From assembly GCF_044324785.1 (NCBI RefSeq), contig NZ_CP172127.1: 64,000 nucleotides of DNA. One strand, given 5' to 3'. This DNA comes from Escherichia coli. Its GTDB lineage: Bacteria > Pseudomonadota > Gammaproteobacteria > Enterobacterales > Enterobacteriaceae. The notes under the pieces were generated by a model that saw only the letters and a program-made list of their open reading frames with translations, searched no databases and was not told the DNA's origin. This document shows, in pieces, positions 1 through 18,081 of this stretch. A program made the translations under genes and the position numbers. Within the stretch, counting starts at the first letter, position 1, and the number at the start of each line of letters is the position of its first letter.

Positions 1-916
1 GTCGTAGCCAGTAATCTTCCCCGGTTAACCACGGGAAATTTTTCAGGAACGCGGGATCAGCCCAACGCCGCATTAGCCAGGCAAGATAATAAACCAAACG
101 CATGGCGCGTAAAGGTTCAATCAGTCCGATTTCAGCGGTGTCGAACTCGCTAAATTCTTCATAAGCTTCAATAATAGTTTCCAGTTGCATCCGCTGCTCG
201 GCTTTATCGCCATTGAGCAACATCCACAAATCCTGAATAGCTGGACCATTACGTGCATCATCCAGATCAACAAACATTGGACCATCGCGCCAGAAAATAT
301 TCCCGGCGTGGCAGTCTCCATGTAGCCGCAGAACGGTGAAATCTTCCCGCCAGTGTGCTGTAACGGCGGCGATCAGCTCATCTGTCGCTTTCAGAAATGC
401 CGCTTTCAACCCGGAAGGTATCAGTGTAGCGTCCTCAAACAGCTTGCGAGGCTCAATGAGATATTCATTCAGACCGATGGTCGGGCGATGGATAAAAAGC
501 TGTTTGCGCCCCGTCTGGTGCATACGCCCTAAATAACGCCCAACCGCTTCCATCTGATCGATATTATCAGCTTCGAACTGGCGACCACCGACGCTTGGAA
601 AAACAGCGAAATAAAATCCCTGATGATTCAATAAAGTCTGACCGTTAAAGGCCACAGGTGCTGCGACCGGAACTTCATCATTTACCAACTGCAACGCAAA
701 TTGATGTTCTTCGAGGATTTGATCGGGTGTCCAACGTTCAGGACGATAAAATTTGACGACAAAACGTCGACGATCTTCGTCCTGAAATTGATAGACACGG
801 TTTTCATAGCTGTTAAGCGGGGTAAGACCGGAATCCACCCGGATCCCTTGCTCAAACAGAGCATCCATGATGGTATCCGGGTGTAGTGTCTGGAAAGTAA
901 AAGCGCTGTTGTTCAT
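1..916 (-). CDS. srkA: Stress response Ser/Thr kinase SrkA (YihE/RdoA), 3' end runs off window start
   Basis: Reverse-strand translation from ATG at 914-916 gives MNNSAFTFQTLHPDTIMDALFE..., matching the YihE N-terminus as I recall it; not in ORF track because the ORF leaves the window. Confidence 0.8.
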   Translation of the reverse strand, partial: MNNSAFTFQTLHPDTIMDALFEQGIRVDSGLTPLNSYENRVYQFQDEDRRRFVVKFYRPERWTPDQILEEHQFALQLVNDEVPVAAPVAFNGQTLLNHQGFYFAVFPSVGGRQFEADNIDQMEAVGRYLGRMHQTGRKQLFIHRPTIGLNEYLIEPRKLFEDATLIPSGLKAAFLKATDELIAAVTAHWREDFTVLRLHGDCHAGNIFWRDGPMFVDLDDARNGPAIQDLWMLLNGDKAEQRMQLETIIEAYEEFSEFDTAEIGLIEPLRAMRLVYYLAWLMRRWADPAFLKNFPWLTGEDYWLR

Positions 917-992
917 CCCATCATCCGGAAAACATTACGAATGATGAAGGATATCATTTCACGATGATTTTGGTGGCACCGCTTACAAGCTT

Positions 993-1262
993 TTACTCTT
1001 TAATTACGCCGCGAGCGCGTAACAGCGCCGTTTTGAAGTCTTCTTCATAATCTTTCTGCAAACCCGGGATCACCGCATCTTTCGCGGAATCACGCATTTT
1101 CAGGTGATAGATCAGAATGTCATCCGTCAAATCCGCCAGTTCGCCGTCAAAACCTGACTCTTTCGCCAGTTTCTGCAAAAATTGCAACAGGTTAAGGTCT
1201 GGCTCTTTTTGCCAGGCTGGCTGGAGGAGTTCAATAACTTCATTCAGACGTTTACATTTCAT
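993..1262 (-). CDS. yihD: YihD, small conserved protein (DUF1040)
   Basis: ORF 993-1292; internal Met gives [26 protein letters not shown]..., the YihD sequence; conserved position beside mobA. Confidence 0.85.
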
Positions 1263-1331
1263 AGTGATGCTCCTTACTCTTGAGACAGACACGTTAGCAG
1301 GGTCAATCCCACAATAAAAGAGGCGATATCG

Positions 1332-1916
1332 GTGAATCTGATGACGACGATAACAGGCGTTGTGCTGGCAGGCGGTAAAGCCAGACGAATGGGCGGCGTA
1401 GATAAAGGATTGCTTGAATTAAACGGCAAACCATTATGGCAACATGTCGCTGACGCGCTTATGACGCAGCTCTCTCACGTCGTGGTTAATGCTAATCGTC
1501 ATCAGGAAATCTATCAGGCAAGCGGTCTGAAAGTGATTGAAGATTCACTGGCGAATTACCCAGGCCCTCTGGCAGGAATGCTTTCAGTAATGCAGCAGGA
1601 AGCTGGTGAGTGGTTTTTGTTTTGTCCGTGCGATACGCCTTACATTCCCCATGATTTAGCCGCCCGGCTTAATCATCAGCGCAAAGATGCGCCTGTCGTG
1701 TGGGTCCATGACGGTGAACGCGATCACCCGACTATTGCTCTGGTAAACCGCGCTATTGAGCCTTTATTACTAGAATATCTGCAAGCAGGAGAACGCCGGG
1801 TAATGGCATTTATGCGTCTGGCTGGCGGGCATGCGGTTGATTTCAGCGATCATAAAGATGCATTTGTTAACGTGAATACGCCAGAGGAGCTTGCCCGATG
1901 GCAGGAAAAACGATGA
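1332..1916 (+). CDS. mobA: Molybdenum cofactor guanylyltransferase MobA
   Basis: 194-aa ORF with [11 protein letters not shown] nucleotide-binding motif; overlaps mobB start. Confidence 0.9.
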
Positions 1917-2425
1917 TACCGTTACTCGCCTTTGCCGCGTGGAGTGGTACCGGAAAAACTACGCTTTTGAAAAAACTGATCCCGGCATTATGCGCCAGAG
2001 GGATCCGTCCAGGGCTGATTAAGCATACGCACCATGATATGGATGTTGATAAGCCAGGCAAAGATAGCTATGAGCTGCGCAAGGCTGGCGCGGCACAAAC
2101 CATCGTTGCCAGCCAGCAACGATGGGCCTTGATGACGGAAACACCAGACGAAGAAGAGCTGGATCTACATTTTCTCGCAAGTCGAATGGATACCTCAAAG
2201 CTGGATTTGATTCTGGTCGAAGGGTTTAAGCATGAAGAGATCGCAAAGATTGTGCTGTTTCGCGATGGAGCCGGACATCGACCGGAAGAATTAGTGATAG
2301 ACAGACATGTTATTGCTGTAGCCAGTGATGTGCCGCTTAATCTTGATGTCGCGTTACTGGATATTAATGATGTTGAGGGGCTGGCTGATTTTGTGGTGGA
2401 GTGGATGCAAAAGCAGAACGGATAA
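1898..2425 (+). CDS. mobB: Molybdopterin-guanine dinucleotide biosynthesis adapter MobB
   Basis: 175-aa ORF with Walker A GTGKTT; mobAB operon arrangement. Confidence 0.9.
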   Translation: MAGKTMIPLLAFAAWSGTGKTTLLKKLIPALCARGIRPGLIKHTHHDMDVDKPGKDSYELRKAGAAQTIVASQQRWALMTETPDEEELDLHFLASRMDTSKLDLILVEGFKHEEIAKIVLFRDGAGHRPEELVIDRHVIAVASDVPLNLDVALLDINDVEGLADFVVEWMQKQNG

Positions 2426-2452
2426 GCAAGAGTAGGCTGGATAAGACGCGCC

Positions 2453-3359
<907 letters not shown>

Positions 3360-3915
3360 TTTCCAGGAGATGCTCCTGCATGGCTTTCAGATATGCATTT
3401 TCTGCGCGAAGATAACGCAGCTCATTCTTCATCTCTTCCGGCGTCATGTTTGCCTCGTTTTCATGGGTATCATCAGAACGGGTCATGCTTTTCTCCTTCC
3501 TGCGCCTGATAAAGGCCTCATTACCAGATTTGCGGTAGCCTTTTATCCAGTTTTTAACCGTGTTGTGGCTGGGAATGTTAAACCGGGCAGCTACCCGGGG
3601 TAGAGACTCAGAATGCCCGAGAGCATAAAGAACCACGCAAAGTTTATCTTCAGGAGAATAGCTACGCTTGTGTCTGCAATCCAGTGCCCGAGGACCGTGA
3701 AGAAGAAAAAGATTAATCCAGTGTGAGAGGCTGGTGTGAGAAAGTTGAAAGAGTTTTGCCGTAGAAATGATGCCTGCATGACCGGCCAGGTAATGATTTA
3801 CAGCGGCAAGTTTTACTTCAAATGAATGTTTCATAAACTGCACCTTCAGATGTCAGATTGTGTCCAACATTTGGGGTGCAGTTCAGCCAGCGTCGCATCC
3901 GGCATTTTTTTCACC

Positions 3916-3952
3916 AACGCAAAAAGGCCATCCTGACGGATGGCCTTCTGCT
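3916..3952 (-). terminator. rrn operon terminator T2
   Basis: Minus-strand hairpin AGAAGGCCATCC-TGAC-GGATGGCCTTTTTGCGTT, matching the classical rrnB T2 as I remember it. Confidence 0.8.
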
Positions 3953-4080
3953 AAATTTGATGCCTGGCAGTTTATGGCGGGCGTCCTGCCCGCCACCCTC
4001 CGGGCCGTTGCTTCGCAACGTTCAAATCCGCTCCCGGCGGATTTGTCCTGGTTGGGAGAGCGTTCACCGACAAACAACAG

Positions 4081-4127
4081 ATAAAACAAAAGGCCCAGTC
4101 TTTCGACTGAGCCTTTTGTTTTATTTG
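4081..4127 (-). terminator. rrn operon terminator T1
   Basis: Minus-strand CAAATAAAACAAAAGGCTCAGTCGAAAGACTGGGCCTTTTGTTTTAT hairpin plus U-run directly downstream of 5S. Confidence 0.85.
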
Positions 4128-4247
4128 ATGCCTGGCAGTTCCCTACTCTCGCATGGGGAGACCCCACACTACCATCGGCGCTACGGCGTTTCACTTCTGA
4201 GTTCGGCATGGGGTCAGGTGGGACCACCGCGCTACGGCCGCCAGGCA
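4128..4247 (-). rRNA. rrfA: 5S ribosomal RNA
   Basis: 120-nt match (reverse complement) to E. coli 5S: TGCCTGGCGGCCGTAGCGCGGTGGTCCCACCTGACCCCATGCCGAACTCAG... Confidence 0.95.
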
Positions 4248-4340
4248 AATTCTGTTTCATCAGACCGCTTCTGCGTTCTGATTTAATCTGTATCAGGCTG
4301 AAAATCTTCTCTCAATCCGCCAAAACAGCTTCGGCGTTGT

Positions 4341-7245
<2,905 letters not shown>

Positions 7246-7419
7246 TCACAACCCGAAGATGTTTCACTTCAGAGTTGCGAAAATTTGAGAGACTCACGAA
7301 CAACTTTCGTTGTTCAGTGTTTCAATTTTCAGCTTGATCCAGATTTTTAAAGAGCAAAACTTCGCAGTGAACCTTTGCAGGTACACTCTGAAGTATTTTT
7401 TATTTAATCACTACAGAGA

Positions 7420-7495
7420 TGGTGGAGCTATGCGGGATCGAACCGCAGACCTCCTGCGTGCAAAGCAGGCGCTCTCCCAGCTGAGCTATAGCCCC
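7420..7495 (-). tRNA. alaT: tRNA-Ala (UGC) in the 16S-23S spacer
   Basis: Reverse complement reads GGGGCTATAGCTCAGCTGGGAGAGCGCCTGCTTTGCACGCAGGAGGTCTGCGGTTCGATCCCGCATAGCTCCACCA. Confidence 0.95.
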
Positions 7496-7537
7496 ATAAC
7501 ATGTAGTTAAAACCTCTTCAAATTTGCGGTGCAAATT

Positions 7538-7614
<77 letters not shown>

Positions 7615-7682
7615 GTAGAGGTTTTACTGCTCATTTTCATCAGACAATCTGTGTGAGCACTGCAAAGCACAGTTCTTTAAGG

Positions 7683-9224
<1,542 letters not shown>

Positions 9225-9395
9225 AAAAGTTTGATGCTCAAAGAATTAAACTTCGTAATGAATTACGTGTTCACTCTTGAGACTTGGTATTCATTTTTCG
9301 TCTTGCGACGTTAAGAATCCGTATCTTCGAGTGCCCACACAGATTGTCTGATAAATTGTTAAAGAGCAGTGCCGCTTCGCTTTTTCTCAGCGGCG

Positions 9396-9434
9396 CGGGG
9401 TGTGCATAATACGCTTTCCCGCTACAGAGTCAAG
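9396..9434 (-). promoter_or_regulatory. rrn promoter P2
   Basis: Minus strand TTGACTCTGTAGCGGGAAAGCGTATTATGCACACC (-35 TTGACT, -10 TATTATG). Confidence 0.8.
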
Positions 9435-9514
9435 CATTTTTTGCTTTTCTCTGTTGAGATTCTCAGGAGAACCCCGCTGACCCGGCGGCGTGTTTGCCGT
9501 TGTTCCGTGTCAGT

Positions 9515-9575
9515 GGTGGCGCATTATAGGGAGTTATTCCGGCCTGACAAGAGGAAATTTAAAATAATTTTCTGA
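9515..9575 (-). promoter_or_regulatory. rrn promoter P1 with AT-rich UP element
   Basis: Minus strand CTTGTCAGGCCGGAATAACTCCCTATAATGCGCCACC (-35 TTGTCA, -10 TATAAT) preceded by AAATTATTTTAAATTTCC. Confidence 0.85.
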
Positions 9576-9599
9576 CCGCGCATTTTTTATTCTTTATGC

Positions 9600-10145
9600 T
9601 TATTTCAGCGTCGGTTTGTCGGTTAAATGGGCGATTTCTCGGGCGAAATTCGCCACCTGCTCCCAATCGGTATAGACAACTTCTTTGCGCGTATCCGTTT
9701 CACCGCCTGACATCTTCATAATCAGCTTGATCATAAAACGGTCGTACCAGCGGTAACGTGGATAACGCAGCGCCCCGGCAATGACGGCACAGCGATCGGG
9801 ACGCCATTGTGAATTCATCAGAAACTTCCGCGCGTAGCTGTTGGTCTGTGGAGTACGCTTCTCCGGTTTACGCGCCACCAGGTTTACGGAGTAAAAGGCG
9901 CTCGGCATCGAATTCAGCCGCGTCGCATGCTTTTTAACAAATTCCTGGAACGCAGAGTGGTAGTGACCATAGCGAATAGAAGCACCAATGACCACACGGT
10001 CATAGTTTTCCCATTGTGGTTCTTCAATGCGGTGCACATTGGCGACATCCGCCTGGATCCCCAGTTCTTTCAGTTCCGAAGCCAGGTAGGAGGCAATCTC
10101 GCGCGTTTGTCCGTCCCTTGTTGAGAAAAGAATTAATGTTTTCAC
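9600..10145 (-). CDS. hemG: Protoporphyrinogen IX dehydrogenase (menaquinone-dependent), flavodoxin-like
   Basis: 181-aa [25 protein letters not shown]... flavodoxin-type fold; conserved position next to trkH. Confidence 0.9.
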   Translation of the reverse strand: MKTLILFSTRDGQTREIASYLASELKELGIQADVANVHRIEEPQWENYDRVVIGASIRYGHYHSAFQEFVKKHATRLNSMPSAFYSVNLVARKPEKRTPQTNSYARKFLMNSQWRPDRCAVIAGALRYPRYRWYDRFMIKLIMKMSGGETDTRKEVVYTDWEQVANFAREIAHLTDKPTLK

Positions 10146-10156
10146 GTATTACTCCA

Positions 10157-11608
10157 TCATTCACGCCAGAAAGTCGGGGTAAAGAGCACCAGCAATGTAA
10201 AGACCTCGAGACGACCAAACAGCATGTTGGCAATCAGGATCCATTTAGCCACCGGGTTCATACTGGTAAAGTTATCAGCAACCACGCCAAGCCCTGGCCC
10301 CAGGTTATTCAATGTCGCAACAACTGAGGCAAAGGCAGAAAAGTCATCCACGCCCGTGGCGATAATCGCCAGCATACTGACAATAAACACCAATGCATAG
10401 GCGGAGAAAAATCCCCAAACGGCTTCGAGGATACGTTCCGGCAGTGCGCGATTCCCCAGCTTAATGCTATAGACGGCGTTCGGATGCACCAGTCGTTTCA
10501 GCTCACGGTTCCCCTGCTTAAACAGCAGCAGGATGCGGATCACTTTCAGGCCACCGCCCGTTGACCCGGCGCAACCGCCGATAAAAGCTGAACATAAAAG
10601 CAGTACCGGCAAAAAGAGCGGCCAGCGGGCAATGCTGTCAGTCGTAAACCCGGCGGTTGTCGCCATCGATACCACCTGGAAAAACGCCTGGTTAATTGTC
10701 ATCAGCGCCGAACTGTAGACATTATGAAACCACAGTACGAGTGTACAAATAACCACCAGCGTAAACTGTACGCCGATAAACATGCGAAATTCCGGATCGC
10801 GCCAATAAACCTTCAGACTACGCCCACTTAACAGTGAAAAGTGCAGACCGTAGTTACAGCCGGAGATCAGCAGGAAGATAGCAATGATAGTGTTAATAGT
10901 CGGGCTGTCGAAATAACCGATACTGGCATCATGTGTCGAGAAGCCGCCAATAGCGATAGTCGCAAAGCTATGGCCGATGGCATCAAAGGCATCCATTCCG
11001 GCAAACCACAACGCCAGCGCACAGGCGACGGTCAGCAAGACATAAATCAACCATAGGGTTTTCGCCGTTTCCGCAATTCGCGGGCGCATTTTGTTATCTT
11101 TCAGCGGGCCGGGCATTTCTGCGCGATAGAGCTGCATCCCACCCACGCCGAGGATAGGCAGTATCGCAACCGCCAACACGATGATCCCCATCCCGCCAAA
11201 CCATTGCAGCATCTGGCGATAAAAGAGGATGGCGTGAGGGAGCGAATCCAGCCCCACCAGCGTAGTGGCCCCCGTGGTGGTCAGGCCAGAGAAAGATTCA
11301 AAAAACGCATCGGTAATCGTGAGGTTCGGGCTTTCCGAGAAGATAAAAGGGAGCGCACCGACGCTACCCAGCACGGTCCAGAACAGCACCACTATCAGAA
11401 ACCCCTCACGGGATTTCAGTTCGCCCTTCTCTTTGCGGTTCGGCCACCACAGCATAGAGCCAATGGCGAGGGCGACAAAAAAGGTCTGGGTAAAAGCGCG
11501 GCCCGCTCCATCCCGGTAGATGAGTGCTACCAGTCCAGGGATAATCATGGTCCCTGAAAATAAGATGACCAGTAGTCCAACGATTCGGGTAATGGCGCGA
11601 AAATGCAT
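10157..11608 (-). CDS. trkH: Trk system potassium uptake protein TrkH
   Basis: 483-aa polytopic membrane ORF; synteny. Confidence 0.9.
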   Translation of the reverse strand: MHFRAITRIVGLLVILFSGTMIIPGLVALIYRDGAGRAFTQTFFVALAIGSMLWWPNRKEKGELKSREGFLIVVLFWTVLGSVGALPFIFSESPNLTITDAFFESFSGLTTTGATTLVGLDSLPHAILFYRQMLQWFGGMGIIVLAVAILPILGVGGMQLYRAEMPGPLKDNKMRPRIAETAKTLWLIYVLLTVACALALWFAGMDAFDAIGHSFATIAIGGFSTHDASIGYFDSPTINTIIAIFLLISGCNYGLHFSLLSGRSLKVYWRDPEFRMFIGVQFTLVVICTLVLWFHNVYSSALMTINQAFFQVVSMATTAGFTTDSIARWPLFLPVLLLCSAFIGGCAGSTGGGLKVIRILLLFKQGNRELKRLVHPNAVYSIKLGNRALPERILEAVWGFFSAYALVFIVSMLAIIATGVDDFSAFASVVATLNNLGPGLGVVADNFTSMNPVAKWILIANMLFGRLEVFTLLVLFTPTFWRE

Positions 11609-11646
11609 CTCTGCCGCTTCCTTAGTTCTGCAAAACGAAGTGGGGA

Positions 11647-12264
11647 TTATTCTTCAATCGCTAACAATTGCAATGAACCACGGCTAAAATCCGCCAGCTT
11701 CGCGGAAAATTCAGCCACTTTCGCCGCCGGAAGCGCCACCCGCAGCAGAACGAATGCCTGATAATCACTGTTGATAATTTTGCCGTCACACTGCCCCAGC
11801 AACGCTTCAATGCCGGTTAACTGACTATATTCACATTGCAAAGTATATTCGGTTAATGGCGTCTTGCGTTGGGTCGTTAGCTGGCGCAGCGCCTGATTCA
11901 CGCCGCCGCCATACGCTTTCACTAACCCACCGGTGCCAAGCAATATGCCGCCGTAGTAGCGCACTACCACAGCGGTAATTTCCCCGACGCCGCTGCCCAT
12001 TAGCTGGGCGAGCATCGGTTTACCTGCCGTTCCCGCCGGCTCCCCGTCGTCAGAGAAACCCAGCTGTTGAGAATCATCCGGCGCACCCGCCACCCACGCC
12101 ACGCAATGGTGGCGGGCATCGGGGTGTTCTGCCCGCACCGATTCAACAAACGCTTTCGCCGCCTCAACGCCATCGGTATGCGCCAACATCGTTATGAAGC
12201 GGCTTTTTTTGATCTCTTCAACGACCGTGACCGGTGCCGCAGGAATTAACCAGCTTTCCATCAC
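11647..12264 (-). CDS. yigZ: IMPACT-family protein YigZ
   Basis: 205-aa ORF; position between trkH and pepQ. Confidence 0.85.
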
Positions 12265-13592
12265 GCCAGTTTCAGATCCCGGGTCATGTTTTCCACGTTG
12301 TTTTCGTGGATCACCACGTTGTCTTCGATACGAATGCCGCCGAACGGTTTCAGTGCTTCAATTTTCTGCCAGTTGAAGTGCTTGCTGAACTGCCCTTCAC
12401 GCCACGGTGCCAGTAGCGATTCAATGAAGTAGATACCCGGTTCGATGGTTAACACCATGCCCGGCTGGAGAATACGGGTGCAGCGCAGGTACGGATATTT
12501 TGCCGGTGCCGCGAGGTGCGTACCGCTATCATCCTGCATAAAACCAGCGACGTCATGCACCTGCAGGCCCAGCGGATGGCCGATACCGTGCGGCATAAAC
12601 GGTCCGGTGAGATCGTTTTCGACCATCGCTTCTTCACTCATATCGGTGATGATTTGATGTTTACGCAGCAATTTGGCGATGCGCTGATGGAACTGGATGT
12701 GGTAATCCACATAGCTGACGCCTGCTTTCATGGTGGCGATTAGCGCCAGTTGTTCATCATTTACGTCTTTCACCAGCTGTGCGTAGTCGTTGTCGCTTTT
12801 TGCCGACCAGGTACGGGTCAGGTCAGCCGCATAGCCGTTATATTCGGCCCCGGCATCCAGCAGGAAGCTGCGCATCTCTTCCGGCGCCTGATGATCCAGT
12901 TTGGTGTAATGCAGCACCGCAGCGTGTTCGTTGAGCGCCACAATGTTGCTGTAAGGCACGTCGGTATCACGATGACCGGTCGCGGTCAGATAGGCAATGT
13001 TGATATCGAACTCGCTCATGCCAGAACGGAACGCTTCTTCTGCCGCGCGATGACCGTTGACCGCCATTTTCTGCGCTTCACGCATACAGGCCAGTTCGTA
13101 CTCGGTTTTGAAGGAGCGATAGTAATGCAGGTAGTCGATCACCCCTTTCGGGTTGATGTTGCTGGCCTCAATACCCAGTTGCAGCGCACGTTCCGGCACC
13201 GGACCGATATAACCGATATTGCCGCGCGCAGCAGGCAACAGACTACCAATGCCATCGGCTTTCGGCAGCGCGATCACTTCCACGTCTTCAGTCCAGAAAG
13301 AGGTCGGCAGCGGTTCGACGTTGTGCCAGTAATCAACCGGCAGATAGAACCACAGTTTCGGCTTGTTCACGCCATCCACCAGCAGCCAGCAGTTTGGCAC
13401 CTGAGTTACCGGCACCCACGCTTTGAATTGCGGGTTCACTTTAAACGGATAGGGATGATCGTCGAGAAAAACGTTGAACAGTTCGCCGGAGTGAATAAGT
13501 AACGCATCCAGCTTGAAGCGCGCCAGCGCATCGCGAGTCCGTTCTTGTAAGGTAGCTATATGATTTTTATAGAGCGAGGCCAGTGATTCCAT
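12261..13592 (-). CDS. pepQ: Xaa-Pro dipeptidase (prolidase)
   Basis: 443-aa ORF with M24-peptidase metal-binding features ([13 protein letters not shown]). Confidence 0.9.
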
Positions 13593-13781
13593 TTTTTACC
13601 CTTCTGTTTTTTTGACCTTAAGTCTCCGCATCTTAGCACATCGTTCATCCAGAGCGTGATTTCTGCCGAGCGTGATCAGATCGGCATTTCTTTAATCTTT
13701 TATTTGCATATTTTTAACACAAAATACACACTTCGATGCATCTGGTACGACCAGATCACCTTGCGGATTCAGGAGACTGAC

Positions 13782-15971
13782 ATGCTTTACAAAGGCGACA
13801 CCCTGTACCTTGACTGGCTGGAAGATGGCATTGCCGAACTGGTATTTGATGCCCCAGGTTCAGTTAATAAACTCGACACTGCGACCGTCGCCAGCCTCGG
13901 CGAGGCCATCGGCGTACTGGAACAGCAATCAGATCTAAAAGGGCTGCTGCTGCGTTCGAACAAAGCAGCCTTTATCGTCGGTGCTGATATCACCGAATTT
14001 TTGTCCCTGTTCCTCGTTCCTGAAGAACAGTTAAGCCAGTGGCTACATTTTGCCAATAGCGTGTTTAATCGCCTGGAAGATCTGCCGGTGCCGACCATTG
14101 CTGCCGTCAACGGCTATGCGCTGGGCGGTGGCTGCGAATGCGTGCTGGCGACCGATTATCGTCTGGCGACGCCGGATCTGCGCATCGGTCTGCCGGAAAC
14201 CAAACTGGGCATCATGCCGGGCTTTGGCGGTTCTGTACGTATGCCACGTATGCTGGGCGCTGACAGTGCGCTGGAAATCATTGCCGCCGGTAAAGATGTC
14301 GGCGCGGATCAAGCGCTGAAAATCGGTCTGGTGGATGGCGTAGTCAAAGCAGAAAAACTGATTGAAGGGGCGATGGCGATTTTACGCCAGGCCATTAACG
14401 GCGACCTCGACTGGAAAGCGAAACGTCAGCCGAAGCTGGAACCGCTAAAACTGAGCAAGATTGAAGCCACCATGAGTTTCACCATCGCTAAAGGGATGGT
14501 CGCACAAACGGCGGGGAAACATTATCCGGCCCCCATCACCGCAGTAAAAACCATTGAAGCGGCGGCCCGTTTTGGTCGTGAAGAAGCATTAAATCTGGAA
14601 AACAAAAGCTTTGTCCCGCTGGCGCACACCAACGAAGCCCGCGCACTGGTCGGCATTTTCCTTAACGATCAATATGTAAAAGGCAAAGCGAAGAAACTCA
14701 CCAAAGACGTTGAAACACCGAAACAGGCCGCTGTACTGGGCGCAGGCATCATGGGTGGCGGCATTGCTTACCAGTCTGCGTGGAAAGGTGTGCCGGTTAT
14801 CATGAAAGATATCAACGACAAGTCGTTAACCCTCGGCATGACCGAAGCCGCGAAACTGCTGAACAAGCAGCTTGAGCGCGGCAAGATCGATGGTCTGAAA
14901 CTGGCTGGCGTGATCTCCACAATCCACCCAACGCTCGACTACGCCGGATTTGACCGCGTGGATGTTGTGGTAGAAGCGGTTGTCGAAAACCCGAAAGTGA
15001 AAAAAGCCGTGCTGGCAGAAACCGAGCAAAAAGTACGCCCGGATACCGTGCTGGCGTCTAACACTTCAACCATTCCTATCAGCGAGCTGGCCAACGCGCT
15101 GGAACGTCCGGAAAACTTCTGCGGAATGCACTTTTTTAACCCGGTACACCGGATGCCGTTGGTAGAAATTATTCGCGGCGAGAAAAGCTCCGACGAAACC
15201 ATCGCGAAAGTCGTCGCCTGGGCGAGCAAGATGGGCAAAACGCCGATTGTGGTTAACGACTGCCCCGGATTCTTCGTTAACCGCGTGCTGTTCCCCTACT
15301 TCGCGGGTTTCAGCCAGCTGCTGCGCGACGGCGCGGATTTCCGCAAGATCGACAAAGTGATGGAAAAACAGTTTGGCTGGCCTATGGGTCCGGCATATCT
15401 GCTGGACGTTGTGGGCATTGACACCGCGCATCATGCCCAGGCTGTCATGGCAGCAGGCTTCCCGCAGCGGATGCAGAAAGATTATCGCGATGCCATCGAC
15501 GCGCTGTTTGATGCCAACCGCTTTGGTCAGAAGAACGGCCTCGGTTTCTGGCGTTATAAAGAAGACAGCAAAGGTAAGCCGAAGAAAGAAGAAGACGCCG
15601 TCGTTGACGACCTGCTGGCAGAAGTGAGCCAGCCGAAGCGCGATTTCAGCGAAGAAGAGATTATCGCCCGCATGATGATCCCGATGGTCAACGAAGTGGT
15701 GCGCTGTCTGGAAGAAGGCATTATCGCCACTCCGGCAGAAGCGGATATGGCGCTGGTCTACGGCCTGGGCTTCCCTCCGTTCCACGGTGGTGCGTTCCGC
15801 TGGCTGGACACCCTCGGTAGCGCAAAATACCTCGATATGGCACAGCAATATCAGCACCTCGGCCCGCTGTATGAAGTGCCGGAAGGTCTGCGTAATAAAG
15901 CGCGTCATAACGAACCGTACTATCCCCCGGTTGAGCCAGCCCGTCCGGTTGGCGACCTGAAAACGGCTTAA
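13782..15971 (+). CDS. fadB: Fatty acid oxidation complex alpha subunit FadB
   Basis: ATG at 13782 ([23 protein letters not shown]...), 729 aa; NAD-binding [10 protein letters not shown] motif. Confidence 0.95.
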   Translation: MLYKGDTLYLDWLEDGIAELVFDAPGSVNKLDTATVASLGEAIGVLEQQSDLKGLLLRSNKAAFIVGADITEFLSLFLVPEEQLSQWLHFANSVFNRLEDLPVPTIAAVNGYALGGGCECVLATDYRLATPDLRIGLPETKLGIMPGFGGSVRMPRMLGADSALEIIAAGKDVGADQALKIGLVDGVVKAEKLIEGAMAILRQAINGDLDWKAKRQPKLEPLKLSKIEATMSFTIAKGMVAQTAGKHYPAPITAVKTIEAAARFGREEALNLENKSFVPLAHTNEARALVGIFLNDQYVKGKAKKLTKDVETPKQAAVLGAGIMGGGIAYQSAWKGVPVIMKDINDKSLTLGMTEAAKLLNKQLERGKIDGLKLAGVISTIHPTLDYAGFDRVDVVVEAVVENPKVKKAVLAETEQKVRPDTVLASNTSTIPISELANALERPENFCGMHFFNPVHRMPLVEIIRGEKSSDETIAKVVAWASKMGKTPIVVNDCPGFFVNRVLFPYFAGFSQLLRDGADFRKIDKVMEKQFGWPMGPAYLLDVVGIDTAHHAQAVMAAGFPQRMQKDYRDAIDALFDANRFGQKNGLGFWRYKEDSKGKPKKEEDAVVDDLLAEVSQPKRDFSEEEIIARMMIPMVNEVVRCLEEGIIATPAEADMALVYGLGFPPFHGGAFRWLDTLGSAKYLDMAQQYQHLGPLYEVPEGLRNKARHNEPYYPPVEPARPVGDLKTA

Positions 15972-17144
<1,173 letters not shown>

Positions 17145-17147
17145 CCA

Positions 17148-17270
17148 CTTGCCGGATGCGGCGTAAACGCCTTATCCGGTCTACCGATCCTGCACCAATG
17201 TAGGCCTGATAAGACGCGCCAGCGTCGCATCAGGCATCGTGTGCCGAATGCCGGATGCGACATAGATCTA
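17148..17270. repeat. BIME/REP palindromic units
   Basis: Several GCCGGATGCGGCGTAAACGCCTTATCCGG-type palindromic units between fadA and fre. Confidence 0.8.
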
Positions 17271-17294
17271 AATGCCACTGTATAAAGTTTTAGT

Positions 17295-17320
17295 TGCCGT
17301 TCTTCCCGCCTGTCAGGGGC
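17295..17320 (+). terminator. Rho-independent terminator after fadBA
   Basis: CCCGCC-TGTCAG-GGGCGGG hairpin followed by TTTTTT. Confidence 0.75.
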
Positions 17321-17334
17321 GGGTTTTTTATATC

Positions 17335-18036
17335 TCAGATAAATGCAAACGCATCGCCAAACAGGCGATCTTCCCGCGCATTACGCTCACTGCAAAACAG
17401 GTCACGGGCAATTTTCGCCATCTCAAAACGTCCGGCAATATAGATATCATGCTCTGCCAGCGTACCGTGATCCTGCAATACCGCCGTTAACACGGTGCCA
17501 GTACGCCCACGCCAGCCCGCTTCCGGTTGTTCAACCACCGGCACCACTTGCAGACCAGGGTGCTTTAACGAAAGCGCTTCAAGCTCGGAGAGATCATAAA
17601 GATGCTGCTCTTCACGCCCGCCCCAGTAAATGGTGATATCACGGTTTGGGTTACGCGCCAGCGCCGTCAGCAAAATCGAGCGCGCATAAGAGAACCCGGT
17701 GCCACCCGCAATCAAAATCATCGGACGTTCTTCATCATCACGCAGCCACGCTTCTCCGTGGGGAATATCGACCACGATTTGATGATCTTTAAGAATGCGG
17801 TCCATGACTGCTTTCGCGTAAAGGTTGATTTCAGAAGCGCCAATATGCAGCTCGATGAAACCTTTTTCATCCGGCGTCGAAGCCATTGAGAACGGACGTT
17901 TGTCGCGCTCATCCATCACTACCATCAAATACTGACCAGCACGAAAAGAAAAGGCCGCGTCTGGTACGATTCGGACACGATATACGGTATCCGTGATAGC
18001 TTCTACCGAGGTCACTTTACAGCTTAAGGTTGTCAT
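17335..18036 (-). CDS. fre: NAD(P)H-flavin reductase Fre
   Basis: [26 protein letters not shown]..., 233 aa from internal ATG. Confidence 0.9.
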   Translation of the reverse strand: MTTLSCKVTSVEAITDTVYRVRIVPDAAFSFRAGQYLMVVMDERDKRPFSMASTPDEKGFIELHIGASEINLYAKAVMDRILKDHQIVVDIPHGEAWLRDDEERPMILIAGGTGFSYARSILLTALARNPNRDITIYWGGREEQHLYDLSELEALSLKHPGLQVVPVVEQPEAGWRGRTGTVLTAVLQDHGTLAEHDIYIAGRFEMAKIARDLFCSERNAREDRLFGDAFAFI

Positions 18037-18081
18037 GCGCTTTCTCTGTCGGATCGATAAATAGGGCAAAACAAACGCGCA

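Noticed and set aside
3858-4286. ORFs of 74-142 aa overlapping the IS end, rrn terminators and 5S rRNA
   Set aside because: Region is accounted for by the rrn T1/T2 terminators and the 5S rRNA gene; the ORFs are artefacts of translating structured RNA.
12750-13502. 250-aa plus-strand ORF antisense to pepQ
   Set aside because: Lies entirely within and opposite a well-supported conserved gene; long antisense ORFs are common in GC-rich coding DNA and there is no start context or motif to support it.
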